Shown here one piece after another: positions 19,183 to 27,733 of a stretch of 64,000 nucleotides of DNA; position 1 is the stretch's first letter; each line of letters starts with the position of its first letter. The DNA is taken from the NCBI GenBank assembly GCA_029883975.1, contig JAOUIL010000004.1, forward strand, positions 7,812 to 71,811, read 5' to 3'. The position numbers were made by a program, and so were the translations under genes. The DNA is from Betaproteobacteria bacterium (GTDB lineage: Bacteria > Pseudomonadota > Gammaproteobacteria > Burkholderiales > SG8-39). The notes beneath the pieces were generated by a model. That model did no database searches and was not told where the DNA came from. It saw only the letters and a list, made by a program, of their open reading frames with translations.

Positions 19183-20319
19183 TCAGGACGGGAGCTTGGT
19201 CTTGAACACGTGCTCGTAGCCCATCTTGAACGGCGCGTCGTTGAACGCCCAGTAGTACACCACTTCCTTGGCCCACGTCTTCTGCGACTCGACCACCCGC
19301 TTGAAGAACGGGTCCTCGTCGGAGAGCTTCTTGGTGAGGATGTCCCACGCGTCCAACTGCGCCTGGAACACGGCGCGCGGCGTGCGGCTCACCTTGACCT
19401 TGTGCTTGTTGATCAGCACCTGCAGGTCCTTGGAGTAGTTCGCCAGCCCGGTCCAGAAGTTCGCCTGCGACGCGGCCTCGACGCCGTACTGCCAGATGGC
19501 CTGCAGGTCCTTGCCCATGGAGTTCCACTTGTTCTTGTTGATGATGATCTCGAAGAACTCCATCGCCTGGTGGAAGCTGCCCATCTCGTAGTTCTTGATC
19601 ACGTCCTGCGCGCCGAAGCGGCTGTCCGAGGTCGGGTTGTTGAACTCGAAGGCGTCGATCACACCGCGCTCCAGGGCGGGGATGATCTCGCCGCCAGAGA
19701 GCTGCGTCACCTTGGCGCCCATCTGCTGGAACAGGTCCGCCGCCAGGCCCACCGTGCGGTACTTCAGGCCTTTCAGCTGCTTGGCGTCCGTGATCGGCTT
19801 CTTGAACCAGCCGAGGGGCTGGGTCGGCATCGGCATGGCGAAGAAGCCGACGACGTTGAGGTTGAGCTTCTGCAGCAGCTCGTTGTACAGGTCCAGGCCG
19901 CCGCCGCGGTAGATCCAGGCGAGCGTCTGGAAGGCGTCGCAGCCGTTGATCGGCCCGGAGCCGAACAGCGAAGCGACCTTCGACTTGCCGTACCAGTACA
20001 CCGGTACGGTATGGCCGGCGTCCAGCACGCCCTTGGACACCGCGTCCATCACTTCGAACGGCTTCACCACCGCGCCGCCGACCAGGTAGTCGATGCGCAG
20101 GCGGCCGCCGGACATCGAGTTGACGCGATTCACGAACTCCTGCGCCATCTCGTTGAAGATGTCGGTGGCGCCCCAGGAGCCCTGCATCTTGATGACGATG
20201 GGCGACTGCGACTTGGCGATCATCGGGAAGCCGAGCGTCGCCGCACCGGCCGTTGCCGCGGCCGCGCCCGTCAGGAACTTGCGGCGCGAAGCCTCGGGCT
20301 TGACTTGTTCGTTGCTCAT
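19183..20319 (-). CDS. dctP: TRAP transporter substrate-binding protein with Tat-type signal
   Basis: 378 aa with a twin-arginine leader (SRRKFLTGAAAATAGAATLGFP) and DctP-family length and sequence character. Confidence 0.9.
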   Translation of the reverse strand: MSNEQVKPEASRRKFLTGAAAATAGAATLGFPMIAKSQSPIVIKMQGSWGATDIFNEMAQEFVNRVNSMSGGRLRIDYLVGGAVVKPFEVMDAVSKGVLDAGHTVPVYWYGKSKVASLFGSGPINGCDAFQTLAWIYRGGGLDLYNELLQKLNLNVVGFFAMPMPTQPLGWFKKPITDAKQLKGLKYRTVGLAADLFQQMGAKVTQLSGGEIIPALERGVIDAFEFNNPTSDSRFGAQDVIKNYEMGSFHQAMEFFEIIINKNKWNSMGKDLQAIWQYGVEAASQANFWTGLANYSKDLQVLINKHKVKVSRTPRAVFQAQLDAWDILTKKLSDEDPFFKRVVESQKTWAKEVVYYWAFNDAPFKMGYEHVFKTKLPS

Positions 20320-20458
20320 GTCTGGGTCTCCTCTGTCTCGGTGTGGATCTGGCGCGGGGCTCGGGCCCCGTTCGGAAGTTGCGCGGCCATTCTAACGCCC
20401 CCTCTTCAGCCGCCGCAAGACAACTTCACGATATGAAATCTCCCGGCGCGGGGCGGGT

Positions 20459-22138
20459 TCACAGGTAGCCCAGCAGCAGATACAGCGCCAGCATCAGGGC
20501 AACCCAGAGCGCCATGCCGCCGGAGCTCCAGGTGCGCGCGAACAAGGCCTGCGGCCCGTGCAGGCCCTGCACCGCCGAGTCGAGGCGGTGCAGTACGCTG
20601 CCGCGCGACCTCCCGATCGCGTGCACCGCTCTGCGCCAGCCGGCTTCGGCGGCCGCCACCAGCGCCGGCGCCATGCGCCGGTAGACCCAGTCGGTGTCCA
20701 GCGTGATGGTCAGTGTGCGGCGCAGCATCGGCAGCATGACGAAGAACGCCAGCCCGGAAAAGAGGAGCAGCTCGAGCTGCACGACCACGTGCGCGCCGGT
20801 ATACGGCACGTATTGCGTGCCGAAGGGCAGCAGGGCATAGAGCGGCTGGTAGAACACCCCCAGGCCGATGCACAGCGCCGCGAAAAAGAGCATCGCCAGG
20901 CGCATGTTGAGCGGCGGCTCCGGCGGCCGCAGGCCCGAGTCCTTCTGAAAGAACACGAACCAGGGAAACTTGATTCCGGCGTGCAGGAATACGCCCGCGG
21001 TCGCCGCGGCGAGCGCGAGCCACACCCAGAGCAGGTGCTCGTCGCCCGCGGCCTGCGAGATCATCGACTTCGACACGAAGCCGGAGGTGAGCGGGAACGA
21101 GGAGATGGCGAGCGCGCCGATGGTGCCGCACACGGTGGTGAGCGGCATGGTGCGGAACAGCCCCCCGAGGTCCGTGCACTTGCGCTTGCCCGTGGCGTAC
21201 AGCACCGAGCCCGCGGACATCAGCAGCAGCGCCTTGTAGATGATGTGGGTGAAGGCGTGCGCGGCGGCCCCGTTCAGCGCCATCTCGGTGCCGATGCCGA
21301 TGCCGGTCACCATGAAGCCGACCTGGTTGACGATACTGTAGGCGAGGATGCGCCGCATGTCGTTCTCGAGCAGCGCGTAGACGATGCCGTAGAACACCAT
21401 GAACAGGCCCACCCACACTAGCAGTTCCGTCCCGGGAAAGCCGCGCAGCAGCACGCATACCGCGGTCTTCGTCGTAAAAGCCGAGAGGAACACCATGCCG
21501 CTCCAGCTCGCCTCGGGATAGGCGTCGGGCAGCCACGCGGAGAGCGGCGGCGCGCCCGCGTTCACGAGGAAGCCCGCGAGGATCAGCCAGTGCGAGGGCG
21601 AGTCGAGCGCCATGCGCGCGAACTCCGTGGAGCCGGTCTCGGCCACGTGGCCCGCGATGCCGGCAAACAGCAGCACCCCGCCGAGCAGGTGGATGGCGAG
21701 GTAGCGCATGCTCGCGCGGTACGCAGATGCGCCCGCGCTCCACAGCACCAGCGTCGAGCCGACCGCCATCAGCTCCCAGAACACGAACAGCGTCACCAGG
21801 TCGCCGGCGAGCACCGCGCCGATCGCCGAGCCGGCGTACACGAAGGCCGCCGGCAGCTCGAGCCGGCTCTTCTGGTTGAGCGCGAACAGCGCGCCGCCGA
21901 ACGCCATCAGCGCAAAGATCACGGCGAACAGCCGCGAGAGCGCATCGTAGGCGAGCGGCCGCATGTCCAGTCCGAGCCAGCTGCCGCTCCAGGCGGGGCC
22001 CGCGGGAGCGGCGAGCACGATCCAGAGCGCGGCGAGCGGCGCGGCGAGCGCCACTGCGGCGCGCACCGGGCCGCGCAGCAGCGCGAGCGCAACGCCCGCG
22101 AACACGACGAGCAGGCCCGGGTGGAGCAGGTCAATCAT
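20459..22138 (-). CDS. MrpD/NuoN-family antiporter-like subunit, paralog 3 (559 aa, C-terminal extension)
   Basis: Proton-antiporter membrane-subunit core (LVTLFVFWELMAVGSTLVL ... FLSAFTTKTAV ... ILAYSIVNQVGFM). The ATG overlaps the upstream 86-aa gene by 8 nt. Confidence 0.88.
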   Translation of the reverse strand: MIDLLHPGLLVVFAGVALALLRGPVRAAVALAAPLAALWIVLAAPAGPAWSGSWLGLDMRPLAYDALSRLFAVIFALMAFGGALFALNQKSRLELPAAFVYAGSAIGAVLAGDLVTLFVFWELMAVGSTLVLWSAGASAYRASMRYLAIHLLGGVLLFAGIAGHVAETGSTEFARMALDSPSHWLILAGFLVNAGAPPLSAWLPDAYPEASWSGMVFLSAFTTKTAVCVLLRGFPGTELLVWVGLFMVFYGIVYALLENDMRRILAYSIVNQVGFMVTGIGIGTEMALNGAAAHAFTHIIYKALLLMSAGSVLYATGKRKCTDLGGLFRTMPLTTVCGTIGALAISSFPLTSGFVSKSMISQAAGDEHLLWVWLALAAATAGVFLHAGIKFPWFVFFQKDSGLRPPEPPLNMRLAMLFFAALCIGLGVFYQPLYALLPFGTQYVPYTGAHVVVQLELLLFSGLAFFVMLPMLRRTLTITLDTDWVYRRMAPALVAAAEAGWRRAVHAIGRSRGSVLHRLDSAVQGLHGPQALFARTWSSGGMALWVALMLALYLLLGYL

Positions 22139-22391
22139 CGCGGCCGTCCCCTGCGTCGTCGTAGTAGGTGTCGCGCCGCTTGAGGAACAGCGCCAGCCCC
22201 TTGGCGAACACGATCATCCCCGCGCAGGCGAGAAAGCCGTACCAGGCGCCGAATGCGGGCAGCGACTCGACGTCGAAGTGCGGATGGTGCGCGACGAAGA
22301 ACTCCGCGGCCACGGTGAGCGCGAGCACCGCGATGAACACGCGCCACAGCAGGCGGATGGTCGAGGGTCGGACGAGCCAGTGCTCGCTCAC
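22131..22391 (-). CDS. 86-aa two-TM protein inside the Mrp-like cluster
   Basis: GTG start with SD GGAGG 5 nt upstream, 1 nt after the preceding stop. It has two hydrophobic helices and an acidic tail (YYDDAGDGRDD), with strong third-position GC bias. Confidence 0.7.
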   Translation of the reverse strand: MSEHWLVRPSTIRLLWRVFIAVLALTVAAEFFVAHHPHFDVESLPAFGAWYGFLACAGMIVFAKGLALFLKRRDTYYDDAGDGRDD

Positions 22392-22392
22392 G

Positions 22393-23844
22393 TCAACCTC
22401 CCTGCAGCGCGCCCGCGAGCGCGAGCGGCACCTGCGGAAAGAAGAACAATGCCAGCGTCGCGCCTGCGGTGGCGACGAGCGCGATTACCATGGGCAGCGG
22501 CGCCTCGCCGTGCGCCGGCCCGGCGGGTGCGCGCAAGAATCCGCGATAGACGATGGGCGCAAAGTACGCGGCGTTGAGCAGCGTGCTGCCCGCGATCACG
22601 GCCACCGCCACCCAGTGCTCGGCCTGCAGCGCGCCGGAGAGCATGTACCACTTGCTGACGAACCCCGCCGCGGGCGGCAGTCCGATCATGGACAGCGCGC
22701 CGATGGCGAAGGCGCCGAGCGTCCAGGGCATGCGGCGGCCGATGCCGTCGAGCTGGCTCACCTCGGTCTTGTGCGCGGCGGTGTAGATCGCGCCCGCCGC
22801 GAAGAACAGCGTGATCTTGCCCACCGCGTGCGCGGCGACGTGCAGCGCCGCACCGATGACGGACAGCGGTGCGAGGATCGCCACTGCGAGCACCACATAG
22901 GATAGCTGGCTGACTGTCGAATATGCGAGGCGGCGCTTGAGGTTGTCCGCGCGCAGCGCCACCACCGAAGCGGCAATGATCGTGAAGCCGGCAACGGTCG
23001 GCAGCCAGTCGGAGGCCGAGGTCGCCGCGAGCGTGCCGGTGCCGAATACGTAGACGATGATCTTCACGACCGCGAACACGCCCGCCTTGACGACCGCCAC
23101 CGCGTGCAGCAGCGCCGACACCGGCGTGGGCGCGACCATTGCCGCCGGCAGCCAGCGGTGCATGGGCATCAGCGCCGCCTTGCCGACGCCGAACATGTAG
23201 AGCGCGAGCAGCGCGCCGAGTGCGGCGCTCGAGGTCTTGCCGCCGAGAATGCCGCCGGGCGTGAACTCCAGCGTGCCGGCAACCACCCAGGTGACGATCA
23301 CGGCGGGCAGCAGCAGCACGATCGAGGTGCCGAGCAGCACCCCGAGGTACACACGCCCGCCCTTGCGCGCCTCGTCGTCGCCATGGTGCGTAACCAGCGG
23401 CCAGGTGACGAGCGTCAGCATCTCGTAGAACAGGAACAGCGTCAGCAGGTTGGCCGAGAACGCGATGCCCATCGTCGCGGCCAGCGCCAGCGCGAAGCAC
23501 ACGTAGAAGCGCGTCTGGTGCGGCTCGTCGTTGCCGCGCATGTAGCCGATGGAATAGACCGAGTTGACGATCCACAGCCCGGAGGCGACCAGCGCGAACA
23601 GCATGCCGAGCGGTTCGACGCGAAAGCCGAGCGCGATGCCGGGCAGCATTTCCAGCACGAAGAGCTGCGGCAGGCTGCCGCCCAGAACGGTCGGCAGCAG
23701 TCCCAGCACGCAGGCGAAGAGCAGCGCCGCCGTGGCAAGCGTCACGCCCTCGCGCAGGTTCGGCCAGCGGCCGGCGAGCGCGATGCCGGCCGCGCCCGCC
23801 GCGGGCACGAGCAGCGCCGCCGCGATATAGCCCGCGGGACTCAA
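22393..23844 (-). CDS. mrpD: MrpD-family antiporter subunit, paralog 2
   Basis: 483 aa from TTG 23844 (SD GGAGG 6 nt upstream; TTGA overlap with the upstream stop). Motifs FLFYEMLTLVTWPLV and LHAVAVVKAGVF are present. Confidence 0.88.
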   Translation of the reverse strand: MSPAGYIAAALLVPAAGAAGIALAGRWPNLREGVTLATAALLFACVLGLLPTVLGGSLPQLFVLEMLPGIALGFRVEPLGMLFALVASGLWIVNSVYSIGYMRGNDEPHQTRFYVCFALALAATMGIAFSANLLTLFLFYEMLTLVTWPLVTHHGDDEARKGGRVYLGVLLGTSIVLLLPAVIVTWVVAGTLEFTPGGILGGKTSSAALGALLALYMFGVGKAALMPMHRWLPAAMVAPTPVSALLHAVAVVKAGVFAVVKIIVYVFGTGTLAATSASDWLPTVAGFTIIAASVVALRADNLKRRLAYSTVSQLSYVVLAVAILAPLSVIGAALHVAAHAVGKITLFFAAGAIYTAAHKTEVSQLDGIGRRMPWTLGAFAIGALSMIGLPPAAGFVSKWYMLSGALQAEHWVAVAVIAGSTLLNAAYFAPIVYRGFLRAPAGPAHGEAPLPMVIALVATAGATLALFFFPQVPLALAGALQGG

Positions 23845-25322
23845 GGCGCGCCTCCCAGCAACAGCTGCGCCGCGCGGCTCGCCCCGCCGACGGTGAAGGA
23901 AGTGTCGAAACCGAACCACAGACACGCAGCGACCATCAGCCACGAGACGACCAGCATCGGCATCGGGGCCTCGCCGGGGCGCGGCGCGGCTTCCCCCGGC
24001 TCGCTCAGGTAGGCGGCCTCGACGAAGCGCCAGACGTAGACCACGGCGATCAGCGACGTCAGCACCACCAGCGCGGCAAGCCACCACATCCCCGCTTCGA
24101 TCGCGCCGAGCACCAGGTACCACTTGCTGATGAAGCCGGCGGTGCCCGGCACGCCGATCAGCGACAGCCCGGCGAGCGTGATGCCGAGCGCGGTGAGCGG
24201 CATGGAACGCCCCAGTCCGCGCAGGTTCTCGAAGCGCGCCCCGCCGGCGCGCAGCACGATGCCGCCCGCCAGCAGGAACAGCGCCCCCTTGGTGATGCCA
24301 TGGTTGAACAGATGGACCACCGCGGCCGTCAGCCCGTCGCGCGTCGCCAGCCCGATGCCCAGCGTGATGTAGCCGATCTGCGCGACGCTCGAGTAGGCGA
24401 GCAGGCGCTTGAAGTCGGCCTGCCAGACGGCGACCAGCGACGCGGTGACGATGGCAGCGATCGACAGCGCGATCAGGATCTCGGGCATCGGCAGCAGCGC
24501 GGTCACCGCGCTCTCGCCGAACACCGAGAAGTGGAAGCGCAGCAGCACGTAGACCGAGACCTTGGTCGCGGTGGCGGCGAGGAACGCCGTCGCCGCCGAG
24601 GGCGCGTAGGCGTAGGCGTTCGGCAGCCACAGGTGCAGCGGAAAGAGCGCGAGCTTGAGTGACATGCCGGCGGTGATGAAGGCGAGCGCCGCCGGCGCCG
24701 GGCGGCCGCCGGCCACCGCCGGCAGGCGCGCCGCCATGTCGGCGATGTTGAGCGTGCCGGTCTGCAGGTACAGCACGCCCACGCCGATCACGTAGAAGGT
24801 GGCGCCGATCGTGCCGAGCAGCAGGTACTGGTACGAGGCAAGCAGCGCGCGCCGATCGCGGCCGAGCGCGATCAGCACGTACATCGCGAGCGAGGCGACC
24901 TCCATGAACACGAACAGGTTGAACGCATCGCCGGTCATCGCCATGCCGAGCAGCCCCGCGAGGCACAGGCAGTGCATCGCGTAGTAGAGATAGCGCAGCT
25001 CGCCGGGCACCTCCGCCGCGACGCTCTTCAGCGCGTATGGGGCGACCGCCGCCCCGATCGCGGATACCAGCACGACGACGAAGGCCGACAGCGCGTCGAC
25101 GCGGTACTCGATGCCCCAGGGCGGCGGCCAGTTGCCCATGGCGTAGGACACCACGCCCGCATCCGCCACCTGCGCCGCGAGCGCCAGGCTCGCGCCGAAG
25201 GAGAACCACGCCGCGGCCACCGCAAGCGCCCAGGCGGCGCCCGCGTGCCGGACGAGCACGATGAGCGGCGCCGCGGCGAGCGGCACCACGACCGCCAGGG
25301 CCGGCAGGTGCGCCGCGATCAC
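23841..25322 (-). CDS. mrpD: MrpD-family antiporter subunit, paralog 1
   Basis: 493 aa with a GTG start in a GTGA overlap with the mrpC stop. The MrpD core is typical (FNLFVFMEVASLAMYVLIAL ... LAYSSVAQIGYI). Confidence 0.9.
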   Translation of the reverse strand: MIAAHLPALAVVVPLAAAPLIVLVRHAGAAWALAVAAAWFSFGASLALAAQVADAGVVSYAMGNWPPPWGIEYRVDALSAFVVVLVSAIGAAVAPYALKSVAAEVPGELRYLYYAMHCLCLAGLLGMAMTGDAFNLFVFMEVASLAMYVLIALGRDRRALLASYQYLLLGTIGATFYVIGVGVLYLQTGTLNIADMAARLPAVAGGRPAPAALAFITAGMSLKLALFPLHLWLPNAYAYAPSAATAFLAATATKVSVYVLLRFHFSVFGESAVTALLPMPEILIALSIAAIVTASLVAVWQADFKRLLAYSSVAQIGYITLGIGLATRDGLTAAVVHLFNHGITKGALFLLAGGIVLRAGGARFENLRGLGRSMPLTALGITLAGLSLIGVPGTAGFISKWYLVLGAIEAGMWWLAALVVLTSLIAVVYVWRFVEAAYLSEPGEAAPRPGEAPMPMLVVSWLMVAACLWFGFDTSFTVGGASRAAQLLLGGAP

Positions 25323-25687
25323 CGTCCGTCCCCGGCCTGCGCGTCCGCCGCGACGATCTCGTCTTCCTCGATGCTGCCGTAGGCCTCGCGGATGCGCACC
25401 ACGATCGCCAGGCCGAGCGCGAGCGTGGCGATGCCGACCACGATCGCGGTCAGGATCAGCACGTGCGGCAGCGGGTTGGAGTAGACCTGGTAGGCCTCGC
25501 TGACGATGGGCGCGGTGCCGCCGATGAGCTTGCCCGGCGCGATGTACAGCAGGTATACGGAGGTCTGGAAGATCGACAGGCCCACCAGCTTCTTCACCAG
25601 GTTGCCGCGCGCGATCATGATGTACAGGCCCGCGCCGAGCAGCAGCACGGTCACCCAGTAGGTGTAATGGCTGGCGAAGGCCTGCAC
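25319..25687 (-). CDS. mrpC: cation:proton antiporter subunit C (NuoK-like)
   Basis: 122 aa, three TM helices, with the motif NLVKKLVGLSIFQTSVYLLY. Confidence 0.9.
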   Translation of the reverse strand: MQAFASHYTYWVTVLLLGAGLYIMIARGNLVKKLVGLSIFQTSVYLLYIAPGKLIGGTAPIVSEAYQVYSNPLPHVLILTAIVVGIATLALGLAIVVRIREAYGSIEEDEIVAADAQAGDGR

Positions 25688-25688
25688 G

Positions 25689-26111
25689 TCAGTCCTCGCG
25701 CTGGCGGCCCGCGAACATGTAGAAGATCTTCAGCATCACGCCCGACACCGTGACCAGCACGCCGACCTCCACCCAGAAGATGCCGCGATGCTGGCCGGCG
25801 ACCGGGTCGGTGTCGAGCACGAAGTAGTCCAGGTAGTTGCCGCCGAGCAGCAGGCCTGCGAAGCCCACCGCGATGTACAGAAGGGCTCCGGCCGCGACCA
25901 TGGCCTCGACCAGCGCCTCGGGCATGACGCGCCGCGCCGCAGGCAGGCCGAAGATGATCGCGTAGAAGATTACGGCCGCGGCGCTGATCACCCCGGCCTG
26001 GAAACCGCCCCCGGGGCCGAAATCGCCGTGGAACTGGACATAGAGGGCGAACACCAGCATGTAGGGGATGAGCATCTTGCCCACCACGCGCAGCACCGGC
26101 TCGCGCTTCAT
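25689..26111 (-). CDS. mrpB: MnhB/MrpB-domain subunit
   Basis: 140 aa from ATG 26111 (ATGA overlap with the upstream stop), with the motif FHGDFGPGGGFQAGVI. Confidence 0.88.
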   Translation of the reverse strand: MKREPVLRVVGKMLIPYMLVFALYVQFHGDFGPGGGFQAGVISAAAVIFYAIIFGLPAARRVMPEALVEAMVAAGALLYIAVGFAGLLLGGNYLDYFVLDTDPVAGQHRGIFWVEVGVLVTVSGVMLKIFYMFAGRQRED

Positions 26112-26647
26112 CGTCCGTCCTTGTCGCGCCGGCGCCGGCGCAGCAGCGCGATCACCCCGATGCCGGCGGTGAACACCACGATCGTCTCGCCCAGCGTGTC
26201 GTAGCCGCGGTAGCTGGCGAGCACCGCGGTGACCACGTTCGGCACGCCGGTCTCCTTGGGCCCCTGTTCCAGGTAGCGCGGCACGACGTGGGTATGGATC
26301 GGCGCATGCGGGTCGGAGAAGGCCGGCAGCCGCAGCGTGCCGTAGACCAGCGCGCCGACGATCACCAGCGTGACGGCGAGCGGCAGCCAGCCGCGCTGCA
26401 GCGGCTTGGCTTCCTCGCCACCACACAGGTGGAGGGCGCCGAGCAGCAGCACGGTCGAGATGCCCGCGCCCACCGAGGCTTCGGTCATGGCGACGTCCAC
26501 GGCATCGAGCGCCACCAGCACCGTCGCCATCAGGAAACTGTAGATGCCCGCGAGCACCACCACCGAGAACAGGTTGCGCTGGAAGATGAGCGCGATCACG
26601 ATCACGGCCATCATCGTCAGCAGCACCTGGATGATCAGCGCTTCGAT
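26108..26647 (-). CDS. DUF4040 (MrpA C-terminal / MbhD-like) plus MnhB-N-like subunit
   Basis: Motifs LDAVDVAMTEASVGAGISTVLLLGAL and NVVTAVLASYRGYDTLGE. The start is ambiguous: ATC at 26647 sits 4 nt after GGAGG, and the next canonical start is GTG at 26626. Confidence 0.8.
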   Translation of the reverse strand: MEALIIQVLLTMMAVIVIALIFQRNLFSVVVLAGIYSFLMATVLVALDAVDVAMTEASVGAGISTVLLLGALHLCGGEEAKPLQRGWLPLAVTLVIVGALVYGTLRLPAFSDPHAPIHTHVVPRYLEQGPKETGVPNVVTAVLASYRGYDTLGETIVVFTAGIGVIALLRRRRRDKDGR

Positions 26648-26958
26648 GGCGCCTCCCCGTCCTGTTCGAGCTTGACGCCGCGCGCCAGCGCGGCGTTGGC
26701 CAACGCGTGCGCTGCGGTCGGCGAGGCGAAGAAGATCAGCACGCCGATGACCAGAAGCTTCACCGCCACCAGCGTCCAGCCGGCCTGCAGCAGCAGTCCG
26801 GCCAGGATCAGTCCCGCGCCGCCGCCGTCGAGGACGCTGGACGCATGGGTGCGCGGAAAAAAGCCGCGCAGTCGCACGAGGCCCAAGCCCCCGATCACGC
26901 AGAAGGCGCCGCCCGCGAGCAGCAGCGCCCAGGAAGCGATCTCGACCGCCAGGCTCAC
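26635..26958 (-). CDS. mrpG: cation:proton antiporter subunit G
   Basis: 107 aa with a GTG start in a GTGA overlap with the mrpF stop. Motifs GLVRLRGFFPRTHASS and FFASPTAAHALANAA. Confidence 0.88.
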   Translation of the reverse strand: MSLAVEIASWALLLAGGAFCVIGGLGLVRLRGFFPRTHASSVLDGGGAGLILAGLLLQAGWTLVAVKLLVIGVLIFFASPTAAHALANAALARGVKLEQDGEAPSKR

Positions 26959-27236
26959 GGCCGGGGATCCTCGCCGGGGTCGCCGAGGTCGCCAACGCGG
27001 AAGAACTTCAGCACCGCGATCGTGCCGATGACGTTGAGCAGGCCGTAGAGGATGGCGAGATCGAGGAACTCCGGCCGCCCGGCGAGGAAGCCGAGCACCG
27101 CCAGCATCATCATGGCGAGCGTGCCGATCGAGTTGCCGGCGAGCGCGCGGTCGAACACCGTCGGCCCGGCGACGGCGCGCGCCAGCGCCAGCCCGAGCGC
27201 CACCAGCAGCGCGAGCGCCGCGACCGCGAACATCAT
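26955..27236 (-). CDS. mrpF: cation:proton antiporter subunit F
   Basis: 93 aa from ATG 27236 (ATGA overlap with the mrpE stop). It has three hydrophobic helices with GPTVFDRALAGNSIGT. Confidence 0.85.
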   Translation of the reverse strand: MMFAVAALALLVALGLALARAVAGPTVFDRALAGNSIGTLAMMMLAVLGFLAGRPEFLDLAILYGLLNVIGTIAVLKFFRVGDLGDPGEDPRP

Positions 27237-27709
27237 CGGCCGCCCTCGAAGCGCGCCACGCGCCGATCCATCTCGCTGTCCACCGCGCCTTGGGCGCTGG
27301 CGCGCGTCAGGCCGTGCACCACGAAGCGCTCGGGCGAGACTTCCACCGACAACGTGCCCGGCGTGAGGGTGATCGAGTTGGCGTGCGTCACCAGCCCGAC
27401 CACGGTCTTCTGGCTCGGCCGGAAGCGCACCACCGTGGGCGAGGCGGGCAGCCGCGGGTCGAGGATCACCTTGGAGACGTCGATCGCCGACTTGAGGATC
27501 TCCTTCACCAGCCAGGGCCAGTAGCCGAGCGCCGACCAGCCGAGGTGCACCGGGTGGCCTTCGCGATCGGCGACCTCCATGCGGCGCACGAACCACACGA
27601 CCGCCGCGCTCACCGCCGCGCCGGCGCCGAGCAGGAACGGCGTGAAGTAGCCGGACATCAGGATCCAGAACGCGTAGAACAGCAGGAAGAGAATCGCGCG
27701 TTGCAGCAT
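27233..27709 (-). CDS. mrpE: cation:proton antiporter subunit E
   Basis: 158 aa with two N-terminal TM helices and MrpE-like ITLTPGTLSVEV. Confidence 0.85.
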   Translation of the reverse strand: MLQRAILFLLFYAFWILMSGYFTPFLLGAGAAVSAAVVWFVRRMEVADREGHPVHLGWSALGYWPWLVKEILKSAIDVSKVILDPRLPASPTVVRFRPSQKTVVGLVTHANSITLTPGTLSVEVSPERFVVHGLTRASAQGAVDSEMDRRVARFEGGR

Positions 27710-27733
27710 GGGTGACGGGCGCCGCGGGCGATT

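Noticed and set aside
17093-20436. 558-aa and 628-aa plus-strand ORFs (17093-18769 and 18550-20436)
   Set aside because: They are antisense to dctM, dctQ and dctP. Their sequences are rich in R, H, D, E and G and have no hydrophobic or enzymatic motifs.
22393-25209. Apparent single 938-aa ORF (similar cases: 34035-36389, 32414-34201, 42466-44919, 26955-28589)
   Set aside because: In each case only the 3' part is a real gene (mrpD paralog 2, SBP-permease, pntA, glcE and mrpF respectively). The 5' part is an open alternative frame of the upstream gene. I chose the true starts from the SD, start-codon context and homology-expected N-termini.
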